Positions 27,446 to 42,359 of a stretch of DNA of 64,000 nucleotides are shown here, in pieces; positions within the stretch are counted from its first letter, which is position 1; each line of letters begins with the position of its first letter. The notes below the pieces were generated by a model. The model made no database searches. It saw nothing but the letters and a program-made list of their open reading frames with translations, and was not told the DNA's origin. Source of the DNA: Octopus vulgaris. Taxonomy: Eukaryota. Where the stretch lies: assembly GCA_951406725.2 (NCBI GenBank), contig OX597816.1:85932001-85996000 (forward strand), given 5' to 3'. A program made the position numbers and the translations under genes.

Positions 27446-27800
27446 TGAATGGCTGTGTGGAAAGAAGCTTGCTTCCCAAACACTTGGTTCCGGGTTCAAT
27501 CCCATCGCGTGGCACAATGGCCAAGCGTCTTCTACTATGGCATCGAGCCGACCGAATCCTTGTGAGTGGATTTGGTAGGCGGAAACTGAAAGAAGCCCGT
27601 CGCATAAGTGTGTATGTGTCTGTGTCTGTATCTCTGTGTGTGTTCGTGTGTTTACGTCCCCTTAACTTAGCGGTTCCGCAAAAGAGACCGATAGCATAAG
27701 TACTAGGCTTACAAAGAATAAGTCATGAGGCTGATTTGCTCGACTAAAGGTGGTGCTCCAGCATGGCAGCAGCCAAATGACTGAGACAAGTAACAGAGTA
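27446..27800 (+). mobile_element. CORE-type SINE family C, near full length with internal (TG)n
   Basis: tRNA-like head GGCTGTGTGGAAAGAAGCTTGCTTCCC..GGGTTCAATCCC, CORE-like GTGGCACAATGGCCAAGCG, and a CCAGCATGGCAGCAGCCAAATGACTGAGACAAGTAA tail. Confidence 0.85.
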
Positions 27801-28953
27801 TATATTTCTGTGGTGACAAAATTAAATCTGCTGACGAAAAGATGACGAAGAAAACAATCAGTCACTAGCAGAGTTCCTAGAGACGATGAGAGTTATCAGC
27901 GATGTAACAAAGATATTGAAAAATTTACACGGCATAGGGAAATAACAAGCAATAGTGACAAAATGGTTGCTTAGCTAACTCGCGCTACTCTCGTCTAAAT
28001 GAAGCTACTGAGTTTTACTCAAACAGTTATTTAACTCTGGTTAAATATTTGCATGTTTCATAGAAATTTTACGCAAAATTATTTGCTGAACAAAGCTATT
28101 TACTTTGCAAATAGCGTCTAGCACAGCATGATATTTTCACTTAAAATGATGTGCAGACATTAACCAAAAAAGATATGAATATACTATATATTATGGTTTT
28201 TATTATTAATATATTTAAGCAAAACAATTTTAAATGTACACCTGTAAACAAAAACTGTGTATATTTTCTAAGAATTTTATCGATAATATTAAATTAATAT
28301 CTTAGCTATGAATTTGTATCATACATAAATGGGCGTGGAAACACAATCATACACGCATATAGGATGATATTCGGGCTATATTTGACGAATTTTATGCTTT
28401 TTGTTTAAAAATCTATTGGTGAACAATCAACGGCGTTTGTCAATAAGGATGTAAGTTGTAGTTTAGAAAACGTTAGCTGACTTGTAGGACTCGGAGCCAT
28501 CCGAATATTGGAAAGGAACTAACTGCATCATGATGAATCGCGCCGGGTATCACAATCCAGATAACTGCTGCTCAATGCCCTGTGAGCACTGGAAGAATGT
28601 AAGATTTGGTATGAACAGTTGTAACAGAGACTACGAAGCTGTGACCAGCCTAAGGGACACACCAGGCGTTCTAGCTGCGACCACTGGCCACCGTTCATTC
28701 CCGCAATTTAAACAGGGCTTTAGGCCCAATTCTGACCGGCTATATGAAGTTGCTAGGGACTGAAGTCAATCCCTTGCTAGACAGGATTGCTGCTAGCGGT
28801 CCATATAGATGGAAGCAGGATTAAACACCTTTCCATACCCCAGGAAAGATGAAAAGTGGTTGTCGAAGAAATTGTATAATATTTACATTGTTTACATTTG
28901 ACGGATATTTGTTTACGACTTCGATTTCAACCAGTGACCTGAATACTAATACG

Positions 28954-29036
<83 letters not shown>

Positions 29037-29040
29037 CAAC

Positions 29041-30210
<1,170 letters not shown>

Positions 30211-30220
30211 CAACAACAAC

Positions 30221-30390
30221 AACATCGAAAAATACCTTAGAAATGAGAACCCTGAAGATGGCTGGAGGGTTATCAGCCGAAACATTGTGTTGACTACAAA
30301 CAAGATGAACACAAATATCCATCTAATGTAAATAATGGAAATAAGTAAGTAATGTACATAACTCCTCATCTCTTAAGTATAGAACTGAAG
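30221..30390 (+). mobile_element. PLE terminal module carrying a hammerhead-like core (30252-30291)
   Basis: CTGAAGA-T-GGCTG-GAGGGTTAT-CAGCC-GAAACA-TTG-TGT-T. The whole segment is homologous to the reverse complement of 56222-56411. Confidence 0.7.
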
Positions 30391-30737
30391 AAATTGTGGC
30401 CACAAATTCTGGTCTCATAATTTCTCCGATTGTAATCGCATAGATTACTATTTGAAGGGTGCGGTGGAGAAAGACACCAACCACTCTCTCTGCAGCACCA
30501 AGGCCGAAATGTTGGTCCAGGTATACATCAGGTCCCGGAGCGATCTCGAAACCATGTCGGAAACTAAATGCAGTTACTTTGAGTAAACTGTTATTTCCCA
30601 GCCCATATATATTTCATATTTTCCGGCCTTTTAAAAATACATTTACTTTTGAATGGGATATTGTCTTAAAAAGACGTTTGTAAATTGTCAAATTTAGCCC
30701 TAACGCCTGTTACATACGTTGCATAATTACTCGTATG

Positions 30738-31116
30738 TGGAGGCGCAATGGCCCAGTGGTTAGGGCAGCGGACTCGCGGTCCTAGGATTGCGGTTTCGAT
30801 TCCCAGACCGGGTGTTGTTAGTGTTTATTGAGCGAAAACACCTAAAGCTCCACGAGGCTCCGGCAGGGATGTGGTGATCCCTGCTGTACTCTCTCACCAC
30901 AACTTTCTCTCACTCTTACTTCCTGTTTCTGTTGTACCTGTATTTCAAAGGGCCAACCTTGTCACTCTCTGTGTCACGCTGAATATCCCCGAGAACTACG
31001 TTAAGGGTACACGTGTCTGTGGAGTGTTCAGCCACTTACACGTTAATTTCACGAGCAGGCTGTTCCGTTGATCGGATCAACCGGAACCCTCATCGTCGTA
31101 ACCGATGGAGTGCTTC
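30738..31116 (+). mobile_element. tRNA-derived SINE family B, full length, with 16-bp TSD
   Basis: Head TGGCCCAGTGGTTAGG..GGTTTCGATTCC. TSD CATAATTACTCGTATG at 30722-30737 and 31117-31132. Highly similar to the 48294 copy. Confidence 0.93.
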
Positions 31117-33669
31117 CATAATTACTCGTATGCATGTATTCTCTCTGTGTGTGTGTGTATGCGTGTGTGTGAATGTGTGCTTGTATGTGTGTGTTTGTGT
31201 GCGTGTGTGTTTGTATGTATATGTAGGTAGGTAGATAGGTGTGTAAGTAGGTTGGTAGGTAGATAGATAATTAAATAGATTGATAAATATATGAATAAAT
31301 GATAAAGAAATGGAAGCATCTGTTTGCGACGAATTGACAAATTCATAAAAACGTTTGTTAGACCTTGTCCATTGTCTTTTCAGGGTCGATAAAGAATAAA
31401 ACAGTCAAAATTCAGGGCGGTAGGTCATAGTATGACTGTAGGCAGGCTGTCTGGTCCAGTATCTGCCATGGTTTTGCGGTCTGATGAAACGGGTACACAG
31501 AGATATCGATCATGCCTTTACTTTGTAAAATTTCCGATCGTCGGTGCTGTGAAGCGGAGAATCTCACGATATACAGAATACTTAAATATACTGTCGGAAA
31601 TCCTAAAATGTATATATTTTCGAAATAAAAGTCCGTTAATTTTCTTTTAGATTGTCAAACCATGAGTGTTTTATGAAGAAAATATAGAGTGTCGTTAGGA
31701 TTATCCATAGCTTTTATAGAATTTGACGATGAGTGAAGGATTTAATATATTTTAATATCAAATTTTCAAGATATTAGGCAGATGATTAGCAAAAGGTCTC
31801 AATAGTGAAACTAGGACTCTTCCTAGACCACAATGAGAATGATCAAGTATCCATTTGTTGCTAGTATGTTTCTTCAACACTAATCACTAATTTTAACAGT
31901 CCTGTTTCTTAGTTCTTCGTTGCATGTATATTGAGGGCGCATGTATGCGTGTGTGTATCAGTAATCTCTAGTACGGATGCGCCACGAGTACTTGTAATGG
32001 AATGTATGCACACAAGTTCCTTTATTATCGTATTAATGTGCCAACAACGAAATAGCGATCTAATGATGACTATTGTTATGGTTGCTATTTTCAGACTTGC
32101 TTTACCTGAGAAACTAAAAGATGAAATGTCTTCGGGTGTGACTTTCTAGTCTTTATCCCTAGTTGCACATTATCCAAGATACTATTGTCCAGGCATGAGG
32201 GTGATCTTGCTGTTACCGTTGTTCCTGATAAATGTAATTATAGGTGAAAGTGTTCATAAAATATGGTCGTTGAATTGGTGATAGCGGCTAGGGTTGATGT
32301 ACATATATTTCTGTTGTCGATGAGTGGACTATGATTTCACGTATAATTGTAAAAATGGCTTGGCTTCATGTCATAAATAAGAATTTGAACTCATTGTATA
32401 TAGCAAGTTTGTGCTGCTATACATTTTTGCCCATTCCTGTCCGGTGGATATTTCTAGACATTATAAACCGGAAATAGATTCCTGAGTCGTGCTATGTACA
32501 ATGGTGAACATAACATCCTTGAAGCATGATTTGGAAATGTCAACGTGAAAAAATGTTCAAGGAAATTGGAAATGTCTTAGATCTCATCACACAGAGTGCA
32601 CGTTCGATATTGGGAAGAACAGTATATCTAGTAAAATATTTGCATTTGCGTTTGAATACATATACACACACACACGATCAGACACACACACGATCAGACA
32701 CACACACGCATACACGCACACATTAGCACACACATGCTACACACGCATACACGCAACTACGTGTGAAACAAATACATTCTCACGTATACAGGCCAATGCA
32801 CTCAACTATACCTATACAGATAGAGATAAGTACGCCGGTATATAAGCGTATATATTGTCTAAATATATAATTATCCTAAATATATCTACAGATAAAAGAG
32901 CAGGCAATTGTATTCATAAATATAAGCATATATATCTATACGCGCATACATACAAGCTTAAATACATACACAAATACATGCATTCACGCATACAAATATA
33001 ATCCTACTTACGCACATATACATATATATGCAAATACATATGTGATATACATGTGTAGGTATGTGCATGTGTGTATATGTATATATATATATATATCTAT
33101 ATATCTCTCTATATATATATTCATACATATATATGTATATGCATATGTATATATAGACATGCATATAGTGAGAGGGAGAGAAGTGAATATACACATACAT
33201 AGGTACATACAAAATACATACATGCATGTGGACATCGAGGTAGAGAAGGGGAAACTATTAATATTTTGACCTGTAAGTTGGGGAAGTTGTATGGGAAGTC
33301 AATGGTAAGCATGCAAATATTAAACCTACAGCATCACAAATAAGGAAATAAAATAAACTAGTTATCGAACCAATATGGCAAGAAGAGAGAGAGAGAGAGA
33401 GAGAGAGTTACAGAAAAAGAGAGAGAGAGAGCATGAAATAGAGAGAGAAACAAAGAGAGGTTGGGAGAGCTGAATGTAAACATTCCAAACACACACAACA
33501 GCCACGCACGTGCATAAAGACGTAAGCATGCGCAGGGAAATCTCTTTATGAAGTTATGTAAATAAGGTCTTTCTTGAACGTTTTCGATTATCCTACTTAC
33601 CAATGAAAATAGACGTCGATGTAACTGCTGCTTCAATCATCAACAACAATCACAACAAAATCAGCACCC

Positions 33670-33752
33670 CTCCGCCTCCTCCTCTTCCTCCTCCTACTAC
33701 TACTTGTACCACCACCACTACCACCACTACTACTACTTCTACTACTAATGAC

Positions 33753-33788
<36 letters not shown>

Positions 33789-33845
33789 AATGATGATGAT
33801 GAGGAGGAGGGATATGACGATGATAATAACACCAGCAATAATAAT
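33670..33845. repeat. Compound trinucleotide microsatellite (CCT/ACT/ACC/GAT)
   Basis: Seen directly. Confidence 0.85.
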
Positions 33846-33989
33846 GTTTTCTTTTTCCGCCACCAATTGTTGACTAAAGTATCGCTGTTGGTCCAAGACG
33901 ATACAGTGATAGAGCAATTAAAGAACGAATAGGAAAGGCAAATATCGAAAAATTCTCCAAATAGTGATAGAACTTAAAGGACACTCGTA

Positions 33990-35335
33990 GAAAGCTCACA
34001 AAATCACGATTCCCTTGACTGCTCGACTCCCCTAAATCACTGTCACACTGACTACTAGGCTCCTTCTTTTTGTTGTTCTATCTGAAGGCACATGCTCGGA
34101 ACCAACCCGTGTAGTTGGACCACGATCGACACTCTCTTCCACTGTTGGAAAAATTGCTGAGAGACAGTACTTTCATCTTTACAAGGAATTTCCTATTCAG
34201 TTGTATAACAAAAGCAACAACAACAGAAACGAAAACAACAATCTCTTCTGCTTGAGGCACAAGTTTTCCAGACAAACGGACACTGGTTGTATTCCTCTTC
34301 TAAAGGAAGTCGATAGGACGATATTCACAATGGACACAGCTGATGGCTGGATCCGTCCTACACATGACAGCAAGTGTTCGACGTAAACCAAAGCACGACT
34401 GTGCGTGCGCCTCGGACAAACCCAGCTACCTGTACTTCCATGCCTGTAAAATTTATCCCAAAGCAGCAATGCCCCAATCACCACCACCACAGTTATCATA
34501 GCCAGGCCAACGACTTCTGGATATTGAAATTATCTATGAGGATACGGCCCAAAAGTTCTCCAGGACAGAGCAGTCAATTGTTTCTCGTTGACTGTCGTCG
34601 ACATTCGGTCTCCTCGACAAAGCTATTTATAGAAGTACAAAGTGAAACTTCCACCAACCACATCGCCCACCTGACAGAGGAGTGTGAACGCCTTACGACA
34701 CTCTAGGTACCAGGAACCTTGCTTTGTCTTTGCTTGATCTAGGACTGCAGATCGTCCAGAGACGAGTTGCGGAAGTGCGACTCTGATAACTAGAGATCAC
34801 ACCAGTCTATCAACTACGAAGCATTGAAGGGGTTGTAGCCTCTGCGAATGTTTTCGCATCAGCAAGCACGGTATGCCCGATCTTCTATTCAGTGGGTGTT
34901 GACAACAAACGAAGCGCCTGTTTAGTGGAACGCCTTCTTTCCACAGAAAGCGCACGAGTGTGCACTTCAGTTTGGTCAGACATAAGCTGAGGCAAAGCAC
35001 GACTGTCAGGTGTTAATATATAGCGGAGGCAATGCATGCGTTCTCCACCTCTGCACAAACTTTCAGAAATAGCATTCTCTCGGCTCACATCTCTGTGCAA
35101 TTGGTGACCCTGCTCGTCAACTCTTTTCATTTCTTCTTTACGAGGAAATCTGGACCAAAGCAGACACCAAGCAATTTAACCGATCCACGACGTTATTGGA
35201 CAGCATACACCTATCTCACCAGGTGCAGGGCAGATATTTTAGTTAATCATTGCTCCTGTCACCGCCACATACTTCTTTAGAGCAGTACCCATCAGATCCC
35301 TATGGTGCGTAGATTACGAGATGCATAATTATAGT
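33990..35335 (-). mobile_element. Tx1/L1-clade LINE, decayed 3' part of ORF2
   Basis: Minus-strand ALKKYVAVTGAMIN*, GSVKLLGVCFGPD...*AERMLFLK (end of RT and thumb), GALLLWDKFYRHG...CPR (zf-RVT-like) and YVEHLLSCVGRI. Confidence 0.75.
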
Positions 35336-35429
35336 TACTCAGGTGTGATACATTATTATGTTCTTTTATTATTTTATTCTTTTATATGTTTCAGTCCAAT
35401 GACTGTGGTCATGCTGGAGCACCACCATT

Positions 35430-36701
35430 GTTATCATCTTTCTACTTTCCACCTTTGTCGGATCATCGTTTGGTGAAGGATGGGGTTCGATGCTACTGCC
35501 CTCTTTTAAGTATTTTGCTTAGATATTGGCTCAACCGGGATCTCGGAGAGTCAGACGTCAAGTTCATGTTTGAAAACGTCTACATCCACACCATGGAGGC
35601 TCCTAAGATGCTTCGGCAGACATTTAAACAGCTGTGGGCCCTTGAAACTCAAGCTATTGCAGTACATCATCCTTGACCGAGATTGAAGAAGTTGGGACGG
35701 TAGGGACAGCACAGTGACGTCCTGTTCGTGGTCTAGTATAGCTCTTTATTCCAAATTTTGATACCAGTCCTTCCAGTATCTTCCATATATATATATATAT
35801 ATATATCACTGAATACCTCTCCCGCCTTCGTTCCATTGGAAGAGTCAAAGCTCTTCCAATGTGTCCCAGTAGCTCAGTTGCTCCATTGATACAATTTTCT
35901 TTGTGTAATGTCGTTGGACTGCTTCAAGCTCTGTTATCGTCCGTGTAGTATAAGATGACCATAGCTGAGAGCAGTAGTCCAGTCGACTGAGGATAAATGG
36001 CTTCCATAGTGTCATCATAGTTTCTTGGTCCCTTGTCCGGAAGTTTCTTAGAATCCAACCGGTTAGTCTTCTGGATACTGCTACCATTTTGTTGATATGT
36101 ATTTCTTTATTGCCCACAAAGGGCTAAACATAGAGAGGACAAACAAAGACAGGCAAAGGGATTAAGTCGATGACATCGACCCCAGTGCGTGACTGGTACT
36201 TTATCTATCGACCCCGAATGGATGAAAGGCAAAGTCGACCTCGGCGGAAATTGAACTCAGAATGTAACGACATTTCGCCCGGTGCGCTAATGTTTCTGCC
36301 AGCTTGCCGCCTTATTTTGTGAATATGTGTGTGAAATGAGGCATTGTTGCTCATTTCTATTCCAAGATCACGCACCGTATTTGACTATGGGATCGTTGCT
36401 CCACTTGGTCCAACGTACTGATGTCATGATTCTTGAGCCCTGCTTAACTGGTTGCGGAGGAACCGGAATTTACTTGCATTAAATTGCATGTTGTTATCGT
36501 CAGATGTATAGATGACATCTAGATCTTTCTGTAAGAGCATAGCATCAGAGGTTTCCATGACTAACTGCGACATTTGTGTCGTCGGCATAGCTGGTAAGCA
36601 TGACTGCCTCTGTCACTGATGACATATCCGATAGGGCTACTATGAAAAGCAGTGGCCTCCAGCACAGTGCCATAGGCCACCCCACTCACTATTGGTATCT
36701 C

Positions 36702-36764
<63 letters not shown>

Positions 36765-37060
36765 CAGTTGGCAGCTATAGTTTAGCTCCTGACCTTCAGG
36801 AAATCATCCAGCCAGTTTCCGACTTTACCTATGAAGCCGAGTCCCCGTATTTTGTGGTATATCATTCCATGGTCGACATTGTCAAATGTCTTCGCAAAGT
36901 CGAGGTATACCACATCCTCATTTGAGCAGTTCATTAATTGCTTCAGTACCCAGTCATAGTGTTACAGAAGCTGTGTAAGACAGCTCCTTCCCGGGCGAAA
37001 GCCATGTTGGGTGTCAGGTCATTGGTAGGTCATTGGCAGGTCATTGTCCTCAAGGAAAGA
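35430..37060 (-). mobile_element. Older CR1-clade LINE fragment (RT + C-terminus) interrupted by a SINE and microsatellites
   Basis: QHGFRPGRSCLTQL, VYLDFAKTFD, SYAD, LTGWILRNFRTRD..LDYCSQLWS..LEAVQR, ERRRERY and LFKCLPKHLR..VDVFK. Confidence 0.85.
36101..36313 (-). mobile_element. SINE family A nested in the CR1, with 15-bp TSD
   Basis: TSD ATTTTGTTGATATGT (36086-36100) / ATTTTGTGAATATGT (36314-36328). Confidence 0.92.
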
Positions 37061-37810
37061 GCAGGTCACTGTCCTCATTGTGCTACCGATTTTTTCTGCT
37101 TTTTGCATTGAAGAATTGATGAAGATGTAATTTCCAAACATCAGCATATAACAAAGCAGTAAGAAATTGCACCTATTCATTCAGCGAGAATGACAAAAAT
37201 CTCGTAATAGGGCAGAGAATATAGTTCTCGGTCATCAGTGTTATACGACAATGGGATTTATTGGAATAATCTTTACAATTGCTATTGTTGCGAAAATGTT
37301 TTACATTCGATACGCCTAATAATATATTTCGAAGCCTTGCAGTTTGCATTATTTAAGTATAATATCTAATTACACATCCCGTAGATTTTTCAGTACATAT
37401 AACACATTAAAAATATGAATGAATTATAGGTATATAGACAAGTAACCAAATCCTACATTCGTTAATCTGCTTTGGCAGGTGTAGGATATCTCATGGTATA
37501 TATTATCTTTCGACTAAAACGTTTCTTAAAGAAACACAACGACATGCACATACCCATATATATATTTGAGCGATTCCCGTGTTTCCACATGTATGTGTTT
37601 AAACATGTATATGAATATATATATATATATATGTGTGTTTGTGTGAGTTTGAGTGAGTGTGTGTGTGTTTGTGTTTGTGTGTGTATGTATATATTTGTTA
37701 AGTCATGAAAGAGACATAACGTTAATAATACAAAAACAATGTACGTGTGTGTGCATGCATATATGTATGCATGTGTATATGTGCATATGTAAACATATCT
37801 ATATATCACT

Positions 37811-37855
<45 letters not shown>

Positions 37856-38015
37856 GCACACACATAAATATGAAGATTTATTTCTCTAAAATTTCAATGG
37901 AAACCAGTAAAAGAAACATTTTATGTGTGCATAATTTGACGGGCACACACATATATATATACCTGCATACATACATACATACAATACATACTTACATACA
38001 ATACATACATACATT

Positions 38016-38072
<57 letters not shown>

Positions 38073-40804
38073 GTATGCATGTATAACAGTGTATTATAAC
38101 ATGATCACACATATACGCGCATATGTGTGTGTGTGTGTACACATAGATATAGATATGTCTGCAAATGCCTATTTACGCTCGCATGCTAGTGTGGATCTCC
38201 ATGTATGCTTCAGTACATATTGCAGTAATTGTTCACAAGATGTGCATTTCACACGATTTAATCACTGCAATCTGTAATTACAGATATTACATTCGTTTTG
38301 GTAATATCTAATGAAATAAGACACGCTGCACAATATAAACGATTTTTACAAGAATGTTATGAAATATACAAAATGAGTAGGTATTACGATTATGCATCTT
38401 AAAATGTGTGTGTGTGTGTGTGTATGTGTGTGTGTGGAGTATGTATGTGTGGGTGTGTGTTTATGTGTGCGTATCGAAGTATCGACCAAACCATTGTACT
38501 TTGTTCATATTGCTTGTTACAATGACTGGCTTTCGAATAAAAATACCCCATACCTATGATTAGGTGGAGAGGCGAACATTTCCTATCACTGGAACTTCAG
38601 TCCATCATGGTGTCACCCATCTACATCTGGGTGGACTAAGACAATGACTTGGTTACGCACCTTCATACAAGCCAATGGACACAAAGACATACACACATGT
38701 ATATATGTATATTTGGTGAGATATACATAGACACGCACAAATATGCATGTTTGCATAGTTAAGTTCTGTAAGAATATATACATATGTACATAAGTATGTT
38801 TAAGAGGAGCCCCACACAGTTTGACGTATGGAAAGTATAGCATCTCTACTTGCAAGGACTGTAGAGAAAATGTCCTTCAGAAGGCAAACTAAAACGTTTA
38901 ATGAAGGTTCCCCCAAAACATTACTATAGCCCCTGGTGCAAGAAGCGCCCGCAGTCGCCACATCTATATGATATTCATTTTGATGAATGCATTGGTATGA
39001 ATGAACAAAACCCAACAGTTATTTTTGTACTATTAAAGAATGAACATTATTCTCTCCACCGATATCAGAAATGCATAAAATGATGAAGCAAATCATGAAA
39101 TACGAAATGTACAGGCATTCGATTCAATATTTAAAAGCTGCCTCAATAGTCCCTTTAATACAAGTTGACGTTGTCTTCTTTGTTTAAATAGCTCCACTTG
39201 GAGATACTGATCCTGGTCTCGCTGTCATATTATTGCAAAGAAACTATAGTTTTGCTAGCTAAAACTGTTCATGAATTTACGGTTTGCATCGCAAATTAGT
39301 TACTGAATATATTTCTCGAGTCCGGAAAATGTTGAAGGAATTATCATAATGCCAAACTGTGAAAAGCTTAGATTTTGTGATCTAAAATTTTCAGTATGTG
39401 CCTTCAACACAAGTCATTCGCTCCTACGCTATTTCTTACTATTGCAATCGCTTTGATTGATCACTTGCGAGTGAAATGTTTAAGCATTCTACACAAATTC
39501 GTGTATCTTCAATAACACTTTTGTTTACATTAAACAAACAATTAGAGATATATTAACGAAATAACAATTAACAGTTGGTTATGCGATGGACATAAATAAA
39601 TTGAACTTGGCTCTCTCAGATTAATATAAAATGAAGAACAAAGTGTAGAAATAGAGATACACATTCTTCAAAACAAAAACCATATAAAGCAAAGAAATTA
39701 AATGTCCCTCCTGCCAAAATTTTCATAGCATTGATTTCTGTTCTTTCAGTCTAGCAAATTTCGATTAGTTGTCCTACGCTTTCAAGCATTTTCCGATTAT
39801 GTATTTAATTGTTATTGCATCTCATTACAAAACTGCAATTTTGCAGGTGATCCACTTAGAAGAATAGGAAGAAGTAGGACTAGGAATGAAGAGAAATCAC
39901 TATATGAAATAGTAGAGGGCTGGTTACTTTACAACAGATGTCATTCAGATCGTGGCTTTCTTCTTTCCGTGGCACACTTCCAAGCATCTACACAGAACTT
40001 GTATATTGTATATATCTCTCAATAATACACCTCTTCTCTCATTCTGCGTCTCTCTCGATTTCTCTCTCCTTCCTCTTTCTCTTCTTCCTGCCAATCTCAT
40101 TGACTCTCTTACATGCTCACACCTACATACACAGACGTCACCAATCAAATACTAAGTGAAAACGTAATAAGTGAAACTAATTAAAAGACAAAATAGGTAT
40201 GTGCGCGGGCGCACGTTCATAAATAGGCGCGTACACACAGACACACACAGATAAAAACAGACGCACAAATATCTATAAATATGTATCTGTGTGTTTCTAT
40301 GTGCGTATGTGTGTATGAGTGTGTGTATATGAGTGTGTGTGCATCAGTGTGCTGAAAAAGACACCAAATTATTAAATTATGCAATGATTGTCAGGCTACC
40401 ATTTTGAATTGTTGTTTTACAGGAATAGATGCACTTATACCCAGAATACACTTAGCTCAGTCTAACACAAATATATTTCGTATTCAAATGTACAGTTTTC
40501 AGCTCATGTTTTGCTATGTAAAAACATTACAGGGACAGACTACGTAACATTGCTTTTGCTGATTGGCAAATGTGCGGTGCCCGTCCAAAAACTACAAGTC
40601 TACGTGATCCTTTTATTTAGGCTCTTGGGAAACACTTAGCATTGTTTATAAGAAATATTTGGGTTTACACTAAATACTAAATAATAGGAACTAATACCAC
40701 AATCAAGAAATGAAAGTTGACATGATGCCAATAAAATTGAAACTTATAACTGCAATGTGAATATATATATATAGCAGGACAAAGCTGTTACATATGTATA
40801 TATA

Positions 40805-40990
40805 TATTCTTTTATTCTTGTACATGTTTCAGTCATTTGACTGCGGCCATGGTGGAGCACCAACTTTAAACGAGCAAATCGACCTCAGAACTAATTTTTT
40901 GTAAGCCTTTGACTTATTTATCTCTCTCTTTTGTTGAACCACTAAGTTACAGGGAGGTAAACACACCTGCATCGGTTGCCAAGTGAGGTT
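40805..40990 (-). mobile_element. CORE-type SINE family C, 3' portion
   Basis: GTTTCAGTCATTTGACTGCGGCCATGGTGGAGCACC...CTAAGTTACAGGGAGGTAAACACACC. Matches the 15372 copy. Confidence 0.8.
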
Positions 40991-41120
40991 GGCGGGACAT
41001 GCAAACACAAACACACATACACGCACTCAGTAGAAGCTACGAGTTAGTATTTAATGTTGGGGTTTGGTGTTAGCACTAAATATTATAGCATTGCTTTAGT
41101 GTAAATACATGCATTATATA

Positions 41121-41165
<45 letters not shown>

Positions 41166-41179
41166 GTATTTATGTATGC

Positions 41180-41263
<84 letters not shown>

Positions 41264-41523
41264 TGAGATAGAGAGACTGAGAAACAGATAATTGTATAAG
41301 ATACAAATATATTTAATGTACGGAAGCTACCATGCCTATAAAGAATAACCTTTTAGGCAAATAGATATCGAGAGATATATAATTGTATAGGATATAATCA
41401 TACTTAAGGGGACGGAGGCTAGCATGCCTATATGCTGAAAATAGTCGTCAAACACGTCCAGTCACTGTAAATTTCCACTTTACATACACAAGGTTGAAAG
41501 CGGGGAAGCGGACTGATTTAAAA

Positions 41524-41746
41524 ATGACGATATGCATACCAATATAAAAGCACACGAAAATCCTAGTACGTATAAATATTCACATATATATACGCACGGA
41601 TCAGTTTATTTAATTCTGTACAATTCTGACAAAATACATACGTGTTAAGGTGGACTAAGTAAATTCGATGCGTATATATTTGTGAATATTTATATGTACT
41701 AGCATTTTGCGTGTGCTTTTCTGGGAGTATGTATAAATATTGTCAT
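41524..41746. repeat. Imperfect inverted repeat, ~75-bp arms
   Basis: 41524-41596 pairs with 41669-41746 (CTAGTACGTATAAATATTCACA / TGTGAATATTTATATGTACTAG). Confidence 0.75.
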
Positions 41747-41767
41747 GTATTTCATAAGTATATTTTG

Positions 41768-41808
41768 CTGATGAAGGAAATGTTATTAAACTAATCCAGA
41801 AATTGATC
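41768..41808 (+). ncRNA. Minimal hammerhead-like core
   Basis: CTGATGA-A-GGA-(16 nt)-TCC-A-GAAA-TTGA-TC. Stem I is imperfect. Confidence 0.4.
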
Positions 41809-42065
41809 AATCCAAAACTATCTGAATAGTTACCACACAGCCACTCCTAATGAAACATACACATATATAAAATAGATAGCTAATTCTGGAACACTCTGTA
41901 TATAATTCACGCCTATGTTCATATCACAAATATGCCAAAATTTGAAAGAAATCAGAAAATTATTTATGTTGTCTATATTCGAGGTGTCTAAATATGGCAG
42001 CTAAGGAAATAAATATTCTGGTAGCTTCATCTGAAACTCACGTTTCAAATATATAAGAGTACAAG

Positions 42066-42102
<37 letters not shown>

Positions 42103-42359
42103 GGAGGAAGAGACGCAGGCAATGGACGAGTGAGAGACTGTAGGTAAGTGTAGAGTAGGAAATAACGAGAAGAATATCGAGAAAGAAATTTGTACATTCT
42201 ATCGCTGCAGTGTGTCAAGTACTGTCATGTTTATAACATGGCAAAGCCATAACAATAACAAAAATAACAACAGCAAAACAACAACAGCAGCAACAACAAC
42301 AAAAATAACATGAACAACAACAACAACAATAATAATAATGATAATAATAACAATAATAA

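Noticed and set aside
30738-30812. tRNA-like sequences here and at 48294, 27446, 9185 and 13611
   Set aside because: These are SINE heads. They continue into SINE bodies, often have TSDs, and lack a proper acceptor stem and terminator.
33603-33932. 109-aa Pro/Thr/Asp-rich ORF, and similar ORF 26112-26387
   Set aside because: Compound trinucleotide microsatellite. No supporting splice or domain evidence.
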